A stretch of DNA of 64,000 bases from Felis catus (taxonomy: Eukaryota), in contig NC_058368.1 of the NCBI RefSeq assembly GCF_018350175.1, positions 128,900,001-128,964,000 on the forward strand. The letters are read 5' to 3'. This document shows, one piece after another, positions 11,725 to 25,335 of this stretch. The translations under genes and the position numbers were made by a program. The stretch's first letter is position 1. Each line of letters starts with the position of its first letter. The notes beneath the pieces were generated by a model that did no database searches, was not told the origin of the DNA, and was given only the letters and a program-made list of their open reading frames with translations.

Positions 11725-12916
11725 ATGATATACAGAAGAGGATACCAGAGGATTTGAAGGAGAATTCTATAGATGCTTGCTTGAGAAATGAGAAATGTAC
11801 TAACTGGTTTTTTTCCTTGCCAGAAATCAAACTGGATTAGGTTTTTAGACTTAACTATGTGAAATATGGATATGTACATATTCATGTAGGAATGGGGAGG
11901 TTGGATTAGATGAAATCTAAAAAGTCTTCCATGCTTTAGGTTTACTACAGTATAAGCATATACAGGCAACCCTTGACTCACACTGGGTTGGATATGGGAG
12001 GATTACATTAAGTCTGAAGTTGATGGTACAATTTCAAATCTATGGAGGAGGTGGAAGAAGGGAAATTGATGAGGAAGCAAAGGGTAAAAACAGAGCAGTT
12101 GAGAAAAAACTGTAAAAAGGTAGGGAAAAAATAATCTTTGTCTTAATGCCATAGAAAATTAGCTGATGGAGAATAGTTGAAAATTACTAATGTTGAATAA
12201 AGTAAATCAAATTAGTATTAGTATGTGAGTATGTGATTATGAAAAGATGGACTAAATTAGCTGTCTTTTCAAGACTATTGGTAATAGAATCAATTAGGGT
12301 TCATTATTAGCTATATTAACAGAAAATTAGCCCTTGCTAGCTCCTAAAAATATGAGGTTCTTATAAGAGATGGTCGTCCCTTATCAACATATATAAAACT
12401 TGAACATTTATAAAGCAGCTCCCTTCTCAGAGCTAAACTAGATTAGATGATCAATTAATGGTAAAATGTTACTGTATCTCTTTTTAATATTTCTTGTCAA
12501 AAACTTAAATATTCCTGATTCAACTTGTGTTTCTATTTGAGTAATATAATTTGGTCATAATTGGTTTCATTTCGATTGTCTTTACATTTTGGGTACTTAT
12601 TATCTTTTCTCTCATCCCCTGGGAATGCCAAGTACCAATTTTTGCTATTTAGCAAGTCAGTAAGGAGCTTCCCACTGAGTGCCTTAATTATTGTTAATTG
12701 AATATTGTAAATGGTTTTCCAGGATCACCATCTTGTGACATTTTTGTCAGTTAGCAAGACTTAAAGCACCAAGAATCCCTTCTACCCCTTTCCATACAAT
12801 CATCAAATCAGTAACTATAAAAAATACTCTCCTCTTGTCAAATGTCAAGTCACATACGTGCTTAATATGTATTTAGAACATGGTGGCTGCTCAATGAATA
12901 TGAAACAATAGCTGCC

Positions 12917-13090
12917 CTTTTATTTTATTTTTAATGTTTATTTGTTTAACAAAGAGAAAGCAAGAGAGAGAGTGTGCATGAGTGGGGGAGAGGCAGAGAG
13001 AGAGAATCTCAAGCAGGCTCCAAGCTGTCAACACAGATCCTGACACGGGGCTCAATCCCACAAACCATAAGCTGAAATTAAGAGTCGGAC
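12917..13090 (-). mobile_element. 5'-truncated, internally deleted Can-SINE
   Basis: T-rich tail and AG tract, then AAGCAGGCTCCAAGCTGTCA...AAGAGTCGGAC with no A-box; degenerate TSD AATAGCT.(C/T)CCTTTT on both sides. Confidence 0.85.
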
Positions 13091-16000
13091 AAATAGCTCT
13101 CCTTTTTAAATGGAATGATTCCCAGGTCCAGTCTTCGAGGGAACATCCCTTTCACTTTCCTGAGCTCCCACAGTGCATCTCATCCAGCATGGCAGGCCTG
13201 GTGCTCTAGGGTAGAGCTCATCCTTGTTCATGCACCAGGACCAAGCTTTCTAGTACTTTTTGCTGCTCTATAATCAAAAGGAGGAAAAAATTGTAAATAA
13301 AGAGCCTCAGAAAATCTGAGAATGTCAAAAATGCTACAAGCAAAAAACTGGAGAGTGGAAAAATCACTGAGTCAGCCTTCCTATGTACTTCTTGCCTTAC
13401 AATGAACAATAAAAAAGAAATGAGAAATTTATGATGTGCCTTTTGAACTTTCAAACTATGTCTCCAATTTTTTAAGGGGCTGGGGGATAAGGCTTCAATG
13501 TACTGAAATTGTATTGGAGGTTGGTTTTAACTATGTAAAATCTTGCCTTCTTTATGATTTGTTTTCTTGCTTGGTCAATGAAATCTCAACCATCCTTAAG
13601 AAATCAGGACCAGAAGAAGCCTTGAGACATAATCTAGAGTCCTTTCCCATCATGGTGGCCCATAAAATTACCAAAAAGAGAATGAGAGAATGAGAGTGTA
13701 TATGTCTCTTTGGAGGGATAGGCTTCCACAGAATTGGCTTGGTTAGTAACCTAATAGAATGTAAATGGCATTTTCTGTCAGGACTTTTGCCTTGTACCTA
13801 GTCAGCTGTTATTAAGTTTGGCAGGTTTCAGATTTAGAGACAAATTCAAGGCCCACCTTTGGTTATTTTCCAAAGTCAAGTTTTATGTACTATGCAGTGA
13901 TAATTTTGCTCCTGGCTTTTGATTTTTCTTAGGACAATAAGAACTTGCTTTCATTTCTCAACTATTTGATCTTTATTATATATAGATTTGTAAATCACCT
14001 TAAATATTTTATGATAGAAAATGAGTCAGAATGGATAAATGCATGAATAAAATAATAAAAATGTCCTCAAGCTCAAGTTTAAGAGAAAATTTGCTAGCTC
14101 TGAAGAAAAGCTAATTATCATTATTTTGTAATAGAGACAGCAATCAGAGCCTGCTTACACCCCAGACACTTCTAGTGAGAAATGCCCTGAACACAGCCTT
14201 TTACTTCCCACCAATCATTTGCTCCTAGGAATTGGACCAGAGGCAGACACCTGACCTGAAGGTAACCACTGAATTGGCTGGAAATGGCCTCTAATGTAAC
14301 CTGGAACCAATAGGTGAAAGGGACCAGTCAGATTCTGTCTCCTGAGAATTGAAGGTGCAGCAAGAAGGTGTTCATTAGTAAGAGGGAGCTCAATGGGAAG
14401 GACCTCTATTAGGGAGGGTCCAGAGAGCCATAATGGCATGTGCACACTGGCCGAGGAAGCAGAGACTACAAGGAAGCCATGAACGTGGTCAGGGGAGAAA
14501 AGGGAACGAGTCGAGTGGGCCTCCCGGATAGATATGGGACAACAGCAGGACCCAGAACTGCCATTCTTTCTGGAAACTTCAGCATCTGCTTCCAGTCCAC
14601 ATGCATTCTCCTGGTCAACCTCCCGTTTCTCCAAGGAAACCTAGCAGAACCTGTGTTGTTTGCAGTTCAGAGTCTCTGTTATGTGTCAAAGCATTTTCTT
14701 TTCCTGTTTTTACTCACTTGTAAAGTTTTTACTTGATCACTTTGCGCTTTTCATTTCCCCAATAATACTAAAAATTTCTATCTCATAAAAAGATATTTGG
14801 GAGCAGAAGTTTGAAGGAAACCAACAGAAAGGGCTATTATTCCCATTTCCTTGTCTCTAAATACCATATTAAAAATTCCTTGATATTTACGAAAGGAGAT
14901 TCGCTAACTTCCTCCAACGGCTTGCTTACTTTTCTTACAAAGAGTGGAACTCATCTACTGTGAGGCCCCACTGTCTGATATTTGCATATACTGGGGTTTT
15001 CTCCACTTTTTCGAGTTGCTGTGGGTGGAATATCTGGCTTGACTTGATTTCTGCCTGAGACATGCACTGCGTCTCCACTCAGTGCTTCCTTCTTTAGGGC
15101 TCAGTTCCCTACACTAGAGGCCTGTTTATCTGGGGGCTATGGGAGGAGCATATCAGCCTGTTCCTACACATGAGCCGAAACTTTTTAAACTGTAAACATG
15201 ACAACAAACAGCAAACATACTGTGCTGTAGAGAGATCCAGAACTTTTGGTCCTTCCATGTCCTGCAAGGGAACACTGGTGATTAGCTTGATGGAAATGTA
15301 GGTCCCATGGGGGTTCTACCACAGTAGACACCTCTTAAGTCACCGTGTTCTCCTTGTCCTTCATTTATCAGTCACTTCAGGCTTTCAGAAATAAGCAGAC
15401 ATTTCAACCCCTAATGCTTCTCGTTTTCATTACTTCTGTATTCTTTGGGCCCAGAATACCTGCCACACAGAGTCCAAAATTTTAAATAATTCACAAATTT
15501 GTCAATGTTTAGTTTCTTTTGGGGGTCATCTTAGTGACAACAATGACTATATAGCAAATCAAGTCAGTTGTGCAAAATCCAGTTTGCTCATCAGCTGAAA
15601 ACATCAGGAGGACTTTTCAGTCTGAATATGTTCCAAGAAGTATAATTCTTCCTCACAGTCCGATGCATGTTAACTAAGATTGAGTCCCAGCTAATGGTGG
15701 CCGGATTTGCCACTTTATCTTTCAGGGCAGGGTCCTCTTGTTCTCAACCTTATGAACTACTCACACCTTTTCTATTGAGAAGCTTGTTTTGTAAACCTTT
15801 GGCCTACTTTCCATGGGAGAACCCTAGCTGCTTAATGGTACTTTTGCATCAGCCCTCCCCCCCACCAAGACATTCATGCCACCGTGTGGTGCATGATGCT
15901 CTCATTCTGCTCTGCTGGAATGTCCTCCTTTTCCTGGCCAGCTGTTGAGGCCCAGCCTAAGTCTTCCCTTCTTTTCAAATTCTCCTCTGATTTTTCCAGT

Positions 16001-17548
16001 TCTTCTCAACTCTCACAGCCTTAGCCATCCGTATCAACTTAACTCATTATTATAAACTGCAACGGATTGTTGCCTGTATTTGGCAGGTCAGACCCTCCAC
16101 CAGATCACAAGCTCAGAAACGGAACTGAACTATGGCCTTCACTGTGAGTTTATGCTCCACATCTTTTGCACATTAGTTCTGATACACAAAAGAGAAAAGT
16201 TATGGTTGATATACTGCAACTGCATTTTCTTTGCATGTGGAAAAGCGGTAGGAAGCACAGTCACTATAATCTCCTCTATGGGAAAAACTAGAGGGGGCGT
16301 GAATCACCTTCCAGATTTGAATCGTTCTGGAAAAGGACCCTTTATTCCCCCAGGAATTGCCCTTGCAGGAGGGCAGCCTGGAGAGAGAGGGCAGCTTTCC
16401 AGTTATCCACAAACTTGCTTCCTTAAGTTGTTCTAAGGGAATGCTCAGGTGCTCTGATGTGCCCCGTATTCAAGCGCAAGTATGAAAACCTACTCTAAAA
16501 TGAAACCTAAGTGATTTTTAAAACCATTCTTCTGAGAGTGGACAGGGGAGCACCCACCACAGAGGTAGTGACAACCAGCCATTGTCACTACCATGGTGTC
16601 ATTGTTCTCTTCCTCCCCAACTCACAGGGCATACCAGTCGCAACTGAAAAGTAGTCTCAAAATATTTGAGTTGAAATGTTACTAGAAGACTTTCTTAATT
16701 TTCAATGTTTATGTATTTTGCATGTCAAAGATGCAAATTTATTTTTACCATGCAGTCCAATGGCTCCATACTTTTTGATGATTAAGGTTATGGTGGCATT
16801 TGCTCACAGCCAGTAAGTTCAAGCTTGTAAGGCAAGCCCTCCAAAGCTAGACTAATTTCCCCTAAGCCCCAGGACTGGAAATTAGGTTACTGCCACTAGG
16901 GTTTTCACATGACTCAACCCTTCTCCTAACTCTCTCTGCTGAGGCAAAGCATTTAGCTCACAATCCGGTCAATGCCTTCAAATGAGATCATAATTGGGAA
17001 CAGGCTTTGTAAGTGTCCCCTTCACTGTGGGAGCTTAGGTCTGACAGCAGCAACCAGAGAGAGAATAGCACAGAGAGTTGCTGTCACTGAGCCAGCCCAT
17101 AGGACTCTAGGACAGAAGACCTTCCAAGGCCTCGGCTTCTCACTCTGTGGTAAAGGGAGGCAGTACTGCTCTTTATTACATGTAGCGGCCCTGGAGGAGC
17201 AAAAGACATGGACAGGTCACCTACCCAGCTGCAGGATAAGCAGAAGCAGAGTGGCGGAGGGAGGAGGGGGAGGGGGCAGGCGAGTAGCCTCATCCAAGTG
17301 GGCAGCACAGCAAATGCTGAAGTCCCAGAGACATGCTGAGGGCAGGCATCCGGGCAGACAGACTTCGGAAACACAAGGTCTGGGCTGGGCTTGCCATTGC
17401 AGCTCTGCTCTGGAGAAATCTCTTTTGCAGGCTTGAAGTACCACCGGCTCTGAGGCACATCTGCCATCGTTACGAGACCACAATTCAGAAGCGACCGTCT
17501 CACACCAAACACGTGGAACAGAAAAATAGGATGAATTTAAGAAGTGGT

Positions 17549-17774
17549 GGGGCACCTGGGTGGCTCAGTTGGTTAAGCGTCCAACTTCAGCTTAGGTCAT
17601 GATCTCGCAGTTCATGAGTTCGAGCCCTGCCTTGGGCCCCCTGCTGACAGCTCAGAGCCTGGAGCCTGCTTCAGGTTCTGTGCCTGCCTCTCTCTGTGCC
17701 CCTCCCCTGCTCATGCTCTGTCTCCTCTCTCTCTCAAAAATAAATAATAAACATTTAAAAAATTAAAAAAAAAA
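17549..17774 (+). mobile_element. Can-SINE
   Basis: Canonical head GGGGCACCTGGGTGGCTCAG, CT tract and A-tail. Confidence 0.95.
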
Positions 17775-17806
17775 TGGAGTTGAAAGTCTTGGAGTCACAT
17801 TCCATG

Positions 17807-18198
17807 CAGTGGAGTATCGGAGTGGGCTCTCTAGAGCCAATGCCTCTCTTCCCAACTCCACATCCAGTGATGTCAGGATGATGCCTTGAAATTGGCTATT
17901 GTTGGAACATTCACACCACAGAAATTGGCAAACAGTAGGGCCACCTGGGTGGCCCAGTCGGTTAAGCATCTGACTTGGGCTCAGGTCATGATCTCATGGT
18001 TTGAGACTGAGCCCCACATCACTGTCAGCACAGAGTCTGCTTCAGATCCTCTGGCTCCCTCTCTGTCAGCCCTTTCTCTGTTTGTGTGTGCTCTCTCAAA
18101 AATAAATAAATGTTAAAAAAGAAATTGGCAAACAATAAAGCTCAGTGTGGTGGGTGTTTTTCTCCCTGCCAAAAGTCACCTTTGCATATATGCCACAT
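17807..18198. mobile_element. MER63-like hAT-Blackjack element interrupted by a Can-SINE
   Basis: CAGTGG start; TCTCTTCCCAACTCCACATCCAGTGATGTCA...CTTGAAATTGGC...ACACCACAGAAATTGGCAAAC matches remembered MER63 consensus. Confidence 0.7.
17938..18119 (+). mobile_element. Can-SINE with internal deletions
   Basis: TSD AGAAATTGGCAAACA(G/A)TA at 17920-17937 and 18120-18137. Confidence 0.93.
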
Positions 18199-18464
18199 GA
18201 GCCGTGTGAACCTTGGGTGATACTTATTTCACAGGGGGATTAGTGCAAATGAGATACTTAATTTGGAAGTCCTCTGTAACCTGTAAAGTTTCTACATGTG
18301 TTAGTTTTTATTATTTGAAATAAAATGTTAAATATGAAGCTTTAACATTTATTAAAATCTAAGTGTGTAATTATTACCTTTCATTGCAAGCTTCAAATAT
18401 GATATAGGACAAGATTTCAGAAAGCAAAACAATTAGGAAGCAGCCTTTTTGTGTTGGTTGAAGC

Positions 18465-19180
18465 TATTATGTGCAAGTTACAAAACTCCTAACTCCAACC
18501 AGCTTCAACAGTGAAGTGAGTTCACTGTCACCTAAACTAAAAGGCCAGAGAGAGTGCCAGCTTAATTCAGCTAGCTTAATCCAGAGGCCAGGCTAAACCC
18601 AGCAGGTCAGATGATGCCATCGTAGAGCGGGAGGACCATATGTTCCTGTTTGCCCAGGATAGTCCTGTTTACGCATCCTATCTGGTTTGGTGTATGTCTT
18701 GCCCGGTTTCATTCTCGAAGTTGTCCTAGTTTAGAAGATAAATGATATGTTTACTTAACCAAGGTTTGCTCTCTCTGCTCAGTTTTTTTGTGTTGCAGGA
18801 TTCACCCTCAGGTATCACAAGACATGTTTCCCCACCCGTTCCCTGCAGTTCCAGCCTCTTCCGTGCAGAGAGCATAAGATCTGTAGAAGCTGCAGACCCC
18901 GTAACCTCATACCACCCAATCTAGTGGGACAGAAAATCTCTTCCAGTAGCCTGTGCAAGTGCTGGGATTCACTGCCTCTCCCTGGTCTGATTTGGGTCAC
19001 ATGGCCATTGCTGAAACATCCCTTTGGGAACATGGATTCACCGATGGACTTAGTCAACTGTGCTCACACCTAGAGTAGGCCTGAGAGAATTCCAAACAAA
19101 TCACCCAACTGAGAATGAGGTGACTTCTCCCAAGGAACAGCAAGTAACTGTCGGCAGCAGAAGAGGTGAGTGGATACTGA
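18465..19180. mobile_element. Old MaLR LTR (MLT1J/K/L-like) with a MER94-like MITE inside
   Basis: TGCAAGTTACAAAAC..AACTCCAACCAGCTT and TTGGGTCACATGGCCA motifs; MITE ~18628-18758 begins GGACCATATGTTCCTGTTTGCCCAGGATAGTCC. Confidence 0.6.
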
Positions 19181-21492
19181 AGAGGGAACAAGAATGATCC
19201 GTGGCCTTGCAGTGCAGTAAAAGTGCTGGAATAGGAATGAGCCGACCCAGCTTTTAGCTTTTTCACTAACTAGGGTTGGGATGGTGGGCAAGCCCTTGCT
19301 TGCCGTAGGCCTCAGTTTCTTGTTAGGTGAAGTGGAAGGGTAGGACTAGAGAATTTCGAAGGTTCCATTTCACTCACCGTGTTTAATTTATGGCTGTGTC
19401 CTCTCATTAGTCTTCAGGGTTATCAATTCCAGGTTTATTTTCATACCGGATTTTTCTCATTGGGCCTAAATAGAACTCACCTTGGCTTTATTCCTGATGC
19501 TAGAAAACTTCCAGCTCTGGTGGAGATCTGAAATGTTCCATTGCTCCTATTAAGTAAATCATATTCTTTAACTAGCTAACTTTCCCCACAGTTTACAACT
19601 TGTGTCAGACCCCGGGAAGATTTGCTTTTAGTTTTCTCCCTGTGAACCAAACAAGTCATAAAAACAGATTTATATCATGGTTTCCTTACAGCTGCATTTT
19701 ATCCTGGGTTTCTTAAATCAAGAAATTGACTAACATAATGGCTGAATGAATAAAACACGGCAGCAATGAGTGACTGCCTTTAGCAAACTGAGAGGGAGTC
19801 TTATTATTTAAATGTTCCTGGTTATATTAAGTGGAGCAAAAGGCTTGGAATGGAAAGTGAGAGAAATAGACAGCCAAGTCAAAAACGCCACCAAGCTGTA
19901 AATAAAATATGAAACTGGCTTGGAAAGGGAGCTTTACTTCGAAGTCAAACACTGATATATAGTCCCTAATTGTGGGACGTTTGTAAAAGGTGACATGACA
20001 CCTGTCAATTATCTACAGCAGCCAGGAAATGTAGATTACATGAATAATTCACCAATCCAGTGCCCTTTGTTGCCAAGCCAGCTAAGCCCAGTCCATAAAA
20101 TAACTGCTGATAGGAAAGAAGAAAAAATATGTTTAAATCGCAACAGCCGTATGTTACACGCGGAAATGTTTTCAAGGCAGTTTCATTATACAACTATGTT
20201 CCAGTCAGCACCAGTGGCTAAATAATTAACATGGGAGCTTTTATCAGGTGTAACAAGGGAGGGGGCTCAGGCTCTGGAAACTTTATAGGTCCCCTTGGGG
20301 AGGCCACAGAAGAGTCTTCAGTAACAGAAACATATCGTTACGTATCATCATTTCTCACCCGCACAAGTAGCACACAACAAGTAGCACACAACCCTTTAAA
20401 AAAGCGAAGTCTGAACTTTTGTTTTGGAAACATGGAATCATAGAATAATACATTTGGAAGGTCACTTAGGGATAGCCTACTCTATTGGTTTTTAGAAGCA
20501 ATGGAACCCCTTTTTTCAAAGAAAACCTTATCTGCATGTACACAACATAAGACAGATAAAAGTGAGATGATTTTAGCTCACTCTGGGAGTGGTGGTGAGG
20601 AAGATTATAGATCCCTGGGAACTTCCTACTTAGCAGCCCCCTGCCCTGCACCTCACTCCCTACCCCTGCCCAACCACCTACAGGGATCCAACAGTCCCAT
20701 TTCACAGATGAGGCAAATGAGGCTCCTGAGAGGCAAAGGGGGCTCCTTGAAGTCCCAGAGCGAGTCGATCGCAGAGCTGGGACTGGAAGCCAGACTGCCG
20801 CCACCCATGCACCACATATACACATGTACGACTGTCAGGACAGCTTGTCTACACGGCCACGTGAGCTGCCAGGATTTGGAGAAATACCAGTTCTGCAGCT
20901 CCCAGGACCTCACAAGTGAGCTTGAGGAATGGAAACAAGTGACTCTTTCATCTGTGGCCTGGGCCCAGGCAGCCTGATACCTATCCTCCCCCTACCGCCC
21001 CCACTTTCATGTTGGCCACAGGGCCAGGGTCAGAGGCCACAGGCCAGGTAGAAGGTGGGGCCTTGCAATGCCCAAGGGACTGGGCAGGCAGCCATAGGTC
21101 ACTGGAGCCAGCCATCCAATCCACCTGCTTCTCTGGGCCGTAAGAACAAGCCTGACTGGAGAGCTACAGGGGGCGCCAATTCCAGGAGCAAATCCAGTCA
21201 CCGCAGAGAGAGCTTTTCTCACCTCCACAAGATGGTTCATTCCTGTAACTTCCTTCCTACGTAAGGAAGATCCCAGCAGACTAAGAGGGACAAGAAAGAG
21301 GTTCCATTTCACAGAGTGTATGTAGAAAAGAAAACTTCCTCCTCATTTTAGGTTTATTTACTACCAAGGTTTGGCTTCATCTTTGAAAGTTTGCAAGGTG
21401 GTTTCATTCCTGTGTAAACCCACTAGGTACAAGTGCTTTGACACAGGTTTTCTCTAACCTTGTTATTTTTCTCTAATTGTTCCAACTGATTA

Positions 21493-21493
21493 T

Positions 21494-21524
<31 letters not shown>

Positions 21525-21525
21525 C

Positions 21526-21558
<33 letters not shown>
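21493..21558. repeat. Compound (CA)n(TA)n microsatellite
   Basis: Directly visible. Confidence 0.95.
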
Positions 21559-22346
21559 GCTTATTAGAAGGCTACTGGGAAAGAAAACAAACTTTCTGAT
21601 GCAGATTAAAGGCAAGTATAATTTCAAGACTTGCTGAAACTCTCTATGCAGTCAGTCCTCACTTTTAGAATGAACACATGATATTTAGTTATACATAGAA
21701 ATAAAACTGTGCTGCTAGTTTTATTGTGAAGAGCTGAGGTTGAAAACTGCATGTTTTCACTTTGATCATTCCAACTAGCACAAAGCAAGAGAAGTTGGGC
21801 ATCTTGATATTATGGCTGCTTTGAGGCTGAGTCTCTCAGTGCGTTATGCTACTTCATCCCTTTGACTGCAAGGCCGCGGGAGTTTCTTTCAACAAATGGA
21901 GTTCATTATTAAATGAATCAATGGTTATCTAAACCAATTAATGCTCATTCCAATAATGTTTCAGTGTCTCTCAAGAAGAATCTGGAGAGCTCTTCTCTAG
22001 TAAGAGGCTGGTGGACCTAGAGCAGCTGAGGGTGAATTCTGGCAAATGGACAGAACTTCCTGAACCTAAGTTTCCTTATTTGTAATTTGGGTGCCATGAT
22101 GGTGGTAACAGTGCCTGTCTTACAGAGTGATGGTGAGCATGATGGCTACCTCACTGCCTGACAAAATCTTTGCCCAGGTGGTTTGTAGTCTGGGCTCCCA
22201 GAAAGCTGGGGCTGAGACAAAGGCTCACATGCACGTTCTTTATGGTCATGGGATTCCAGGGACCTGGATGAGAAATGGAGGAACCATGGAGGAAGGAATC
22301 AGGGCCTGTGGCCTGTATGAGCATGCATGTTAAGTTGGCTACTCCT

Positions 22347-22545
22347 TAGGGTTTTCATATTTAGCAAATAAAAATACTAAACACCCACTCAACTCTGAAT
22401 TCTAGAGAAACAACAAAGAATCCTTTGCAGTACGTATGTGCCATGCAATATTTGGGACATAACTTATCATAAACAAATAAAATTATTTGTCATTTATCTG
22501 AAATGCAGTCAATGGAGCATCCTATACTTCAGACGGCCTGCCACT
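22347..22545. mobile_element. MER53 palindromic hAT MITE
   Basis: TAGGGTT..CATATTTAGCAAATAAAAATAC ... TATGTGCCATGCAATATTTGGGACATA ... ATTTATCTGAAAT matches MER53; it appears to sit inside an old ERVL-type LTR fragment starting ~22185. Confidence 0.85.
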
Positions 22546-22849
22546 GTTACTAGTGATGGGTTGCTTGTTCCTGTAGGACTGTCTGAGAAGTTGTATGAAA
22601 TCTGTCTTGGGATTGAGCCATTTGTCCGCATTCTCTGTTTGGCAAAATCAATGTTCCCCATGGATTGTAACTTCTCAAAGGCCTTCTGTGTTGTTCACTT
22701 GGGGTGAGCAGATTCCTATTCCGTTCTGCACGGTCAGGTAAGAAGCCTTCTGTGAGGTGCTGTGAAGCTGCTTCTGTGTGAGGCTGATCTAGTAATGGTG
22801 GCCAGATACAACACAGTGGAGGATGTGCCAGAGGCATTCATACAGGGGG

Positions 22850-23075
22850 TGAAGTGCAGTGATTAACAGCACAGATCTTGGAGCCAAGAAGGCCTGCGTT
22901 CAAATCTCAGCTCTGCCAATTACTAAGGTAGGTCATCTAAAGTCTCTGTGTCTCAGTCTTCTCATTTTTAAAATGGGGATAATAATAACACTTAGTAGGA
23001 TTATTATGAAGATTAAAAACAAATACAGAGTTTTCAGAATGGTCCCTGGGATGCTGTAAGTGTCTGTTGTTATTA
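22850..23075 (+). mobile_element. MIR SINE, near full length
   Basis: GTTCAAATCTCAGCTCTGCCA..TACTA ... TCTCAGTCTTCTCATTTTTAAAATGGGGATAATAATA ... GGATTATTATGAAGATTAAA. Confidence 0.85.
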
Positions 23076-23929
23076 TCCTGACAGTAGTAGATTTCAACAC
23101 TGTAGCTTGGCAGCTGGCGTATCTTGAACACATCGCAGCTGTCAAATTTGATTTGACAAAATTTTCCAAACTTGATTGATGTCTAGAATACAATTTTTTT
23201 TTTCATAAATGAAGCTAAATGGTATCGCCTTGGTTTGTTTTGGTTTTATTTTTTCCCCAGCACTGAGAATTATTTTCTGCCCTGACTAGTCTTTTATATA
23301 ATCAGAAAGGAAAGGTTTTTCACCCTCCATTGAGCCTGTGGTCTCCCCCTAGAACCAGCTAGATACCCTGAGTCTCCCACACTCACTCTCAGGGTCCTCC
23401 TCCATCTAGTGCCACAGGAGCTGCTCAGTTTGACACAGTTGGCTGACACGGAGGCAATGGTATGCACCCACGGTGGTAGCAAAATTAAACCTTGAGTATT
23501 GATCAGAATATAAAATCATGTTCTGTCACCATATACTGAGATTAATAGCAAGTTTCTACAATTCTGTGAAACTTGCTTCTTTGGCCCAGTGTTTACTTCT
23601 CAGTTCCTCAAGTGGCCTGCCAAAAATTCTAAAATTTGAAACTGGGCCTTCAACACAAAATTGCTGAAAAATGCTGTCTTAAAGAGCCATTCAGGCTATG
23701 TTTCCTCTACAGAGCCATCTTCCTGCTCTGTGCCGAGTTACAACTGGCCCCCCCCCATGCTCTTGGGAGACCTGCTAACAGCCTCACTGGTAGCCCTGAC
23801 TGTGGGGTGTCACACTGGCTTGTTTGGAGGTCTGCTTCCCCAAGGCTGCTGAGTTCCTTAGGATGGGAGCCATGTACGTTCATCTTTGTATCTCTAACCC
23901 GCAGCCCACATCTGGCACAGGCTGAGGAG

Positions 23930-24364
23930 CAGGGCTGCCTTATCCAGTAAGCATGGTAGGCTCAGGGTCCACAATATTTTTTAGGGGGCCGTGAAAATGT
24001 TTGATTTTTCTTAAAATCAGAAGAAAAAGACAGGACTGTTAGTATAGAACTTTTATTTATTTATTTATTTATTTAGTTAGTTAGTTAGTTAGTTCTAAAG
24101 GTTTTATTTTTAAGTAATCTCCTCACTCTATGTGGGGCTCGAACTCAAACCCTGAGATTAAGAGTCTCACACCCCATCGACTGAGCCAGCTGGGCGCCCC
24201 TAGAATAGAACCTGTTTTACTTTTTTCTTCATATCAGAAAAATGAAGGATTTTTAGGGCCACAAAAATTTATTAGACTGTTTTAATGTTTTGGTTTTTTT
24301 AATGGGGGAAGGGCCTAAGAACGGAGAATTGCCTAGGGCCCACAAAAGTCATGATGTGGTCCTG
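23930..24364. mobile_element. Non-autonomous hAT (Tip100-like) DNA transposon interrupted by a short SINE
   Basis: Terminal inverted repeats CAGGGCTGC ... GTGGTCCTG and repeated internal TAGGG(G)CC(C)AC-AAAA motifs; exact family uncertain. Confidence 0.65.
24053..24200 (-). mobile_element. Short Can-SINE variant without CT tract
   Basis: Reverse head ...GAGCCAGCTGGGCGCCCC, body ends GATTACTTAAAAATAAAA; TSD TAG(T/A)ATAGAAC; tail turned into (TTTA)n(TTAG)n. Confidence 0.88.
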
Positions 24365-25159
24365 GTGTTGAAAGAATAAGTAAACAAATGATTAAATATT
24401 ATAATGACTGTTAAAAAATGCTTTACAAATGACAAAGTGCCATGAAAATGCAGCTTATTATTAAAAGCTGACAATTTTATTGCTGTTGTGAAGTTCTCTT
24501 ACCCATTAGGACACTATACTCTAAGGAGTTTCAATTATTTCTCTAAATTCAAAGGTTTTCTTAGTCATATTCATATTCTTTCTTGCTGTGAAAGAAAAGC
24601 TTTAAGTGGCTTTATGTGAGGAATATTTTAGTGTGGACAGGGGAGGGGCAGTAAAGGCACAGAATATAAAGGCTCTGGTAATCAGAAGAGCTATCCCCGT
24701 GTACCACACTTCAAAGGAACCCCTTACATGAAAAGCTGAGTTCCTACAGAAGGTACACCAAGATGGCTGTTGTTTTTACAAAAAAAAAGGGGGGGGGTGG
24801 GATTCCTGAGCTTTAACCTTCATGTATGTATTATCAACACCCCATGACATGGCCTCACCTCTGAGAAAAGTGAAGTCGTGTACTTCTGAGGCGATCTGGT
24901 GGTATATTCTATCCTTTGAGTTGGTTGATGACAAATGAACAGTTTCTGTCTTGGAAAATATAAATAGAAGGGACACTGATGTCCAGGATATCTTCAAAGG
25001 GATGCTAAGAATGTTCTGACCTGAAGATCACTTGAGGAGATGATAACTCAATGTGAGCTTCCTCATATTACCAAGTAGCTACATCCTTATCTTGCAATCT
25101 TGAAGGGTCTAATTCATATCAAAAAGAAACTTCACTTTCTGAAATTATTCTCAAGATAT

Positions 25160-25335
25160 TTACTTTATTTATTTATTATTATTTTTTGAGAGCATATGAG
25201 CTGGGGAGAGCAAGAGAAGCTTAAGCAGCCACCATGTGGAGACTGATGTGGGACTCGATCCTACAATCCTGGGATCAGGACCTGAGTGGAAACCAAGAGT
25301 CAGATGCTCAACCGACTGAGCCAACCAGGCATCCC
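25160..25335 (-). mobile_element. Can-SINE (older subtype)
   Basis: Reverse head ...CGACTGAGCCAACCAGGCATCCC; T-rich tail. Confidence 0.9.

Noticed and set aside
14150..14760. Possible old ERVL/MaLR LTR and 139-aa minus-strand ORF
   Set aside because: Looks LTR-like but I cannot assign a family or ends; the ORF has no recognisable homology.
16972..17602. Cluster of 90-154 aa overlapping ORFs
   Set aside because: Moderately GC-rich non-coding sequence running into a SINE; no domain or splice support.
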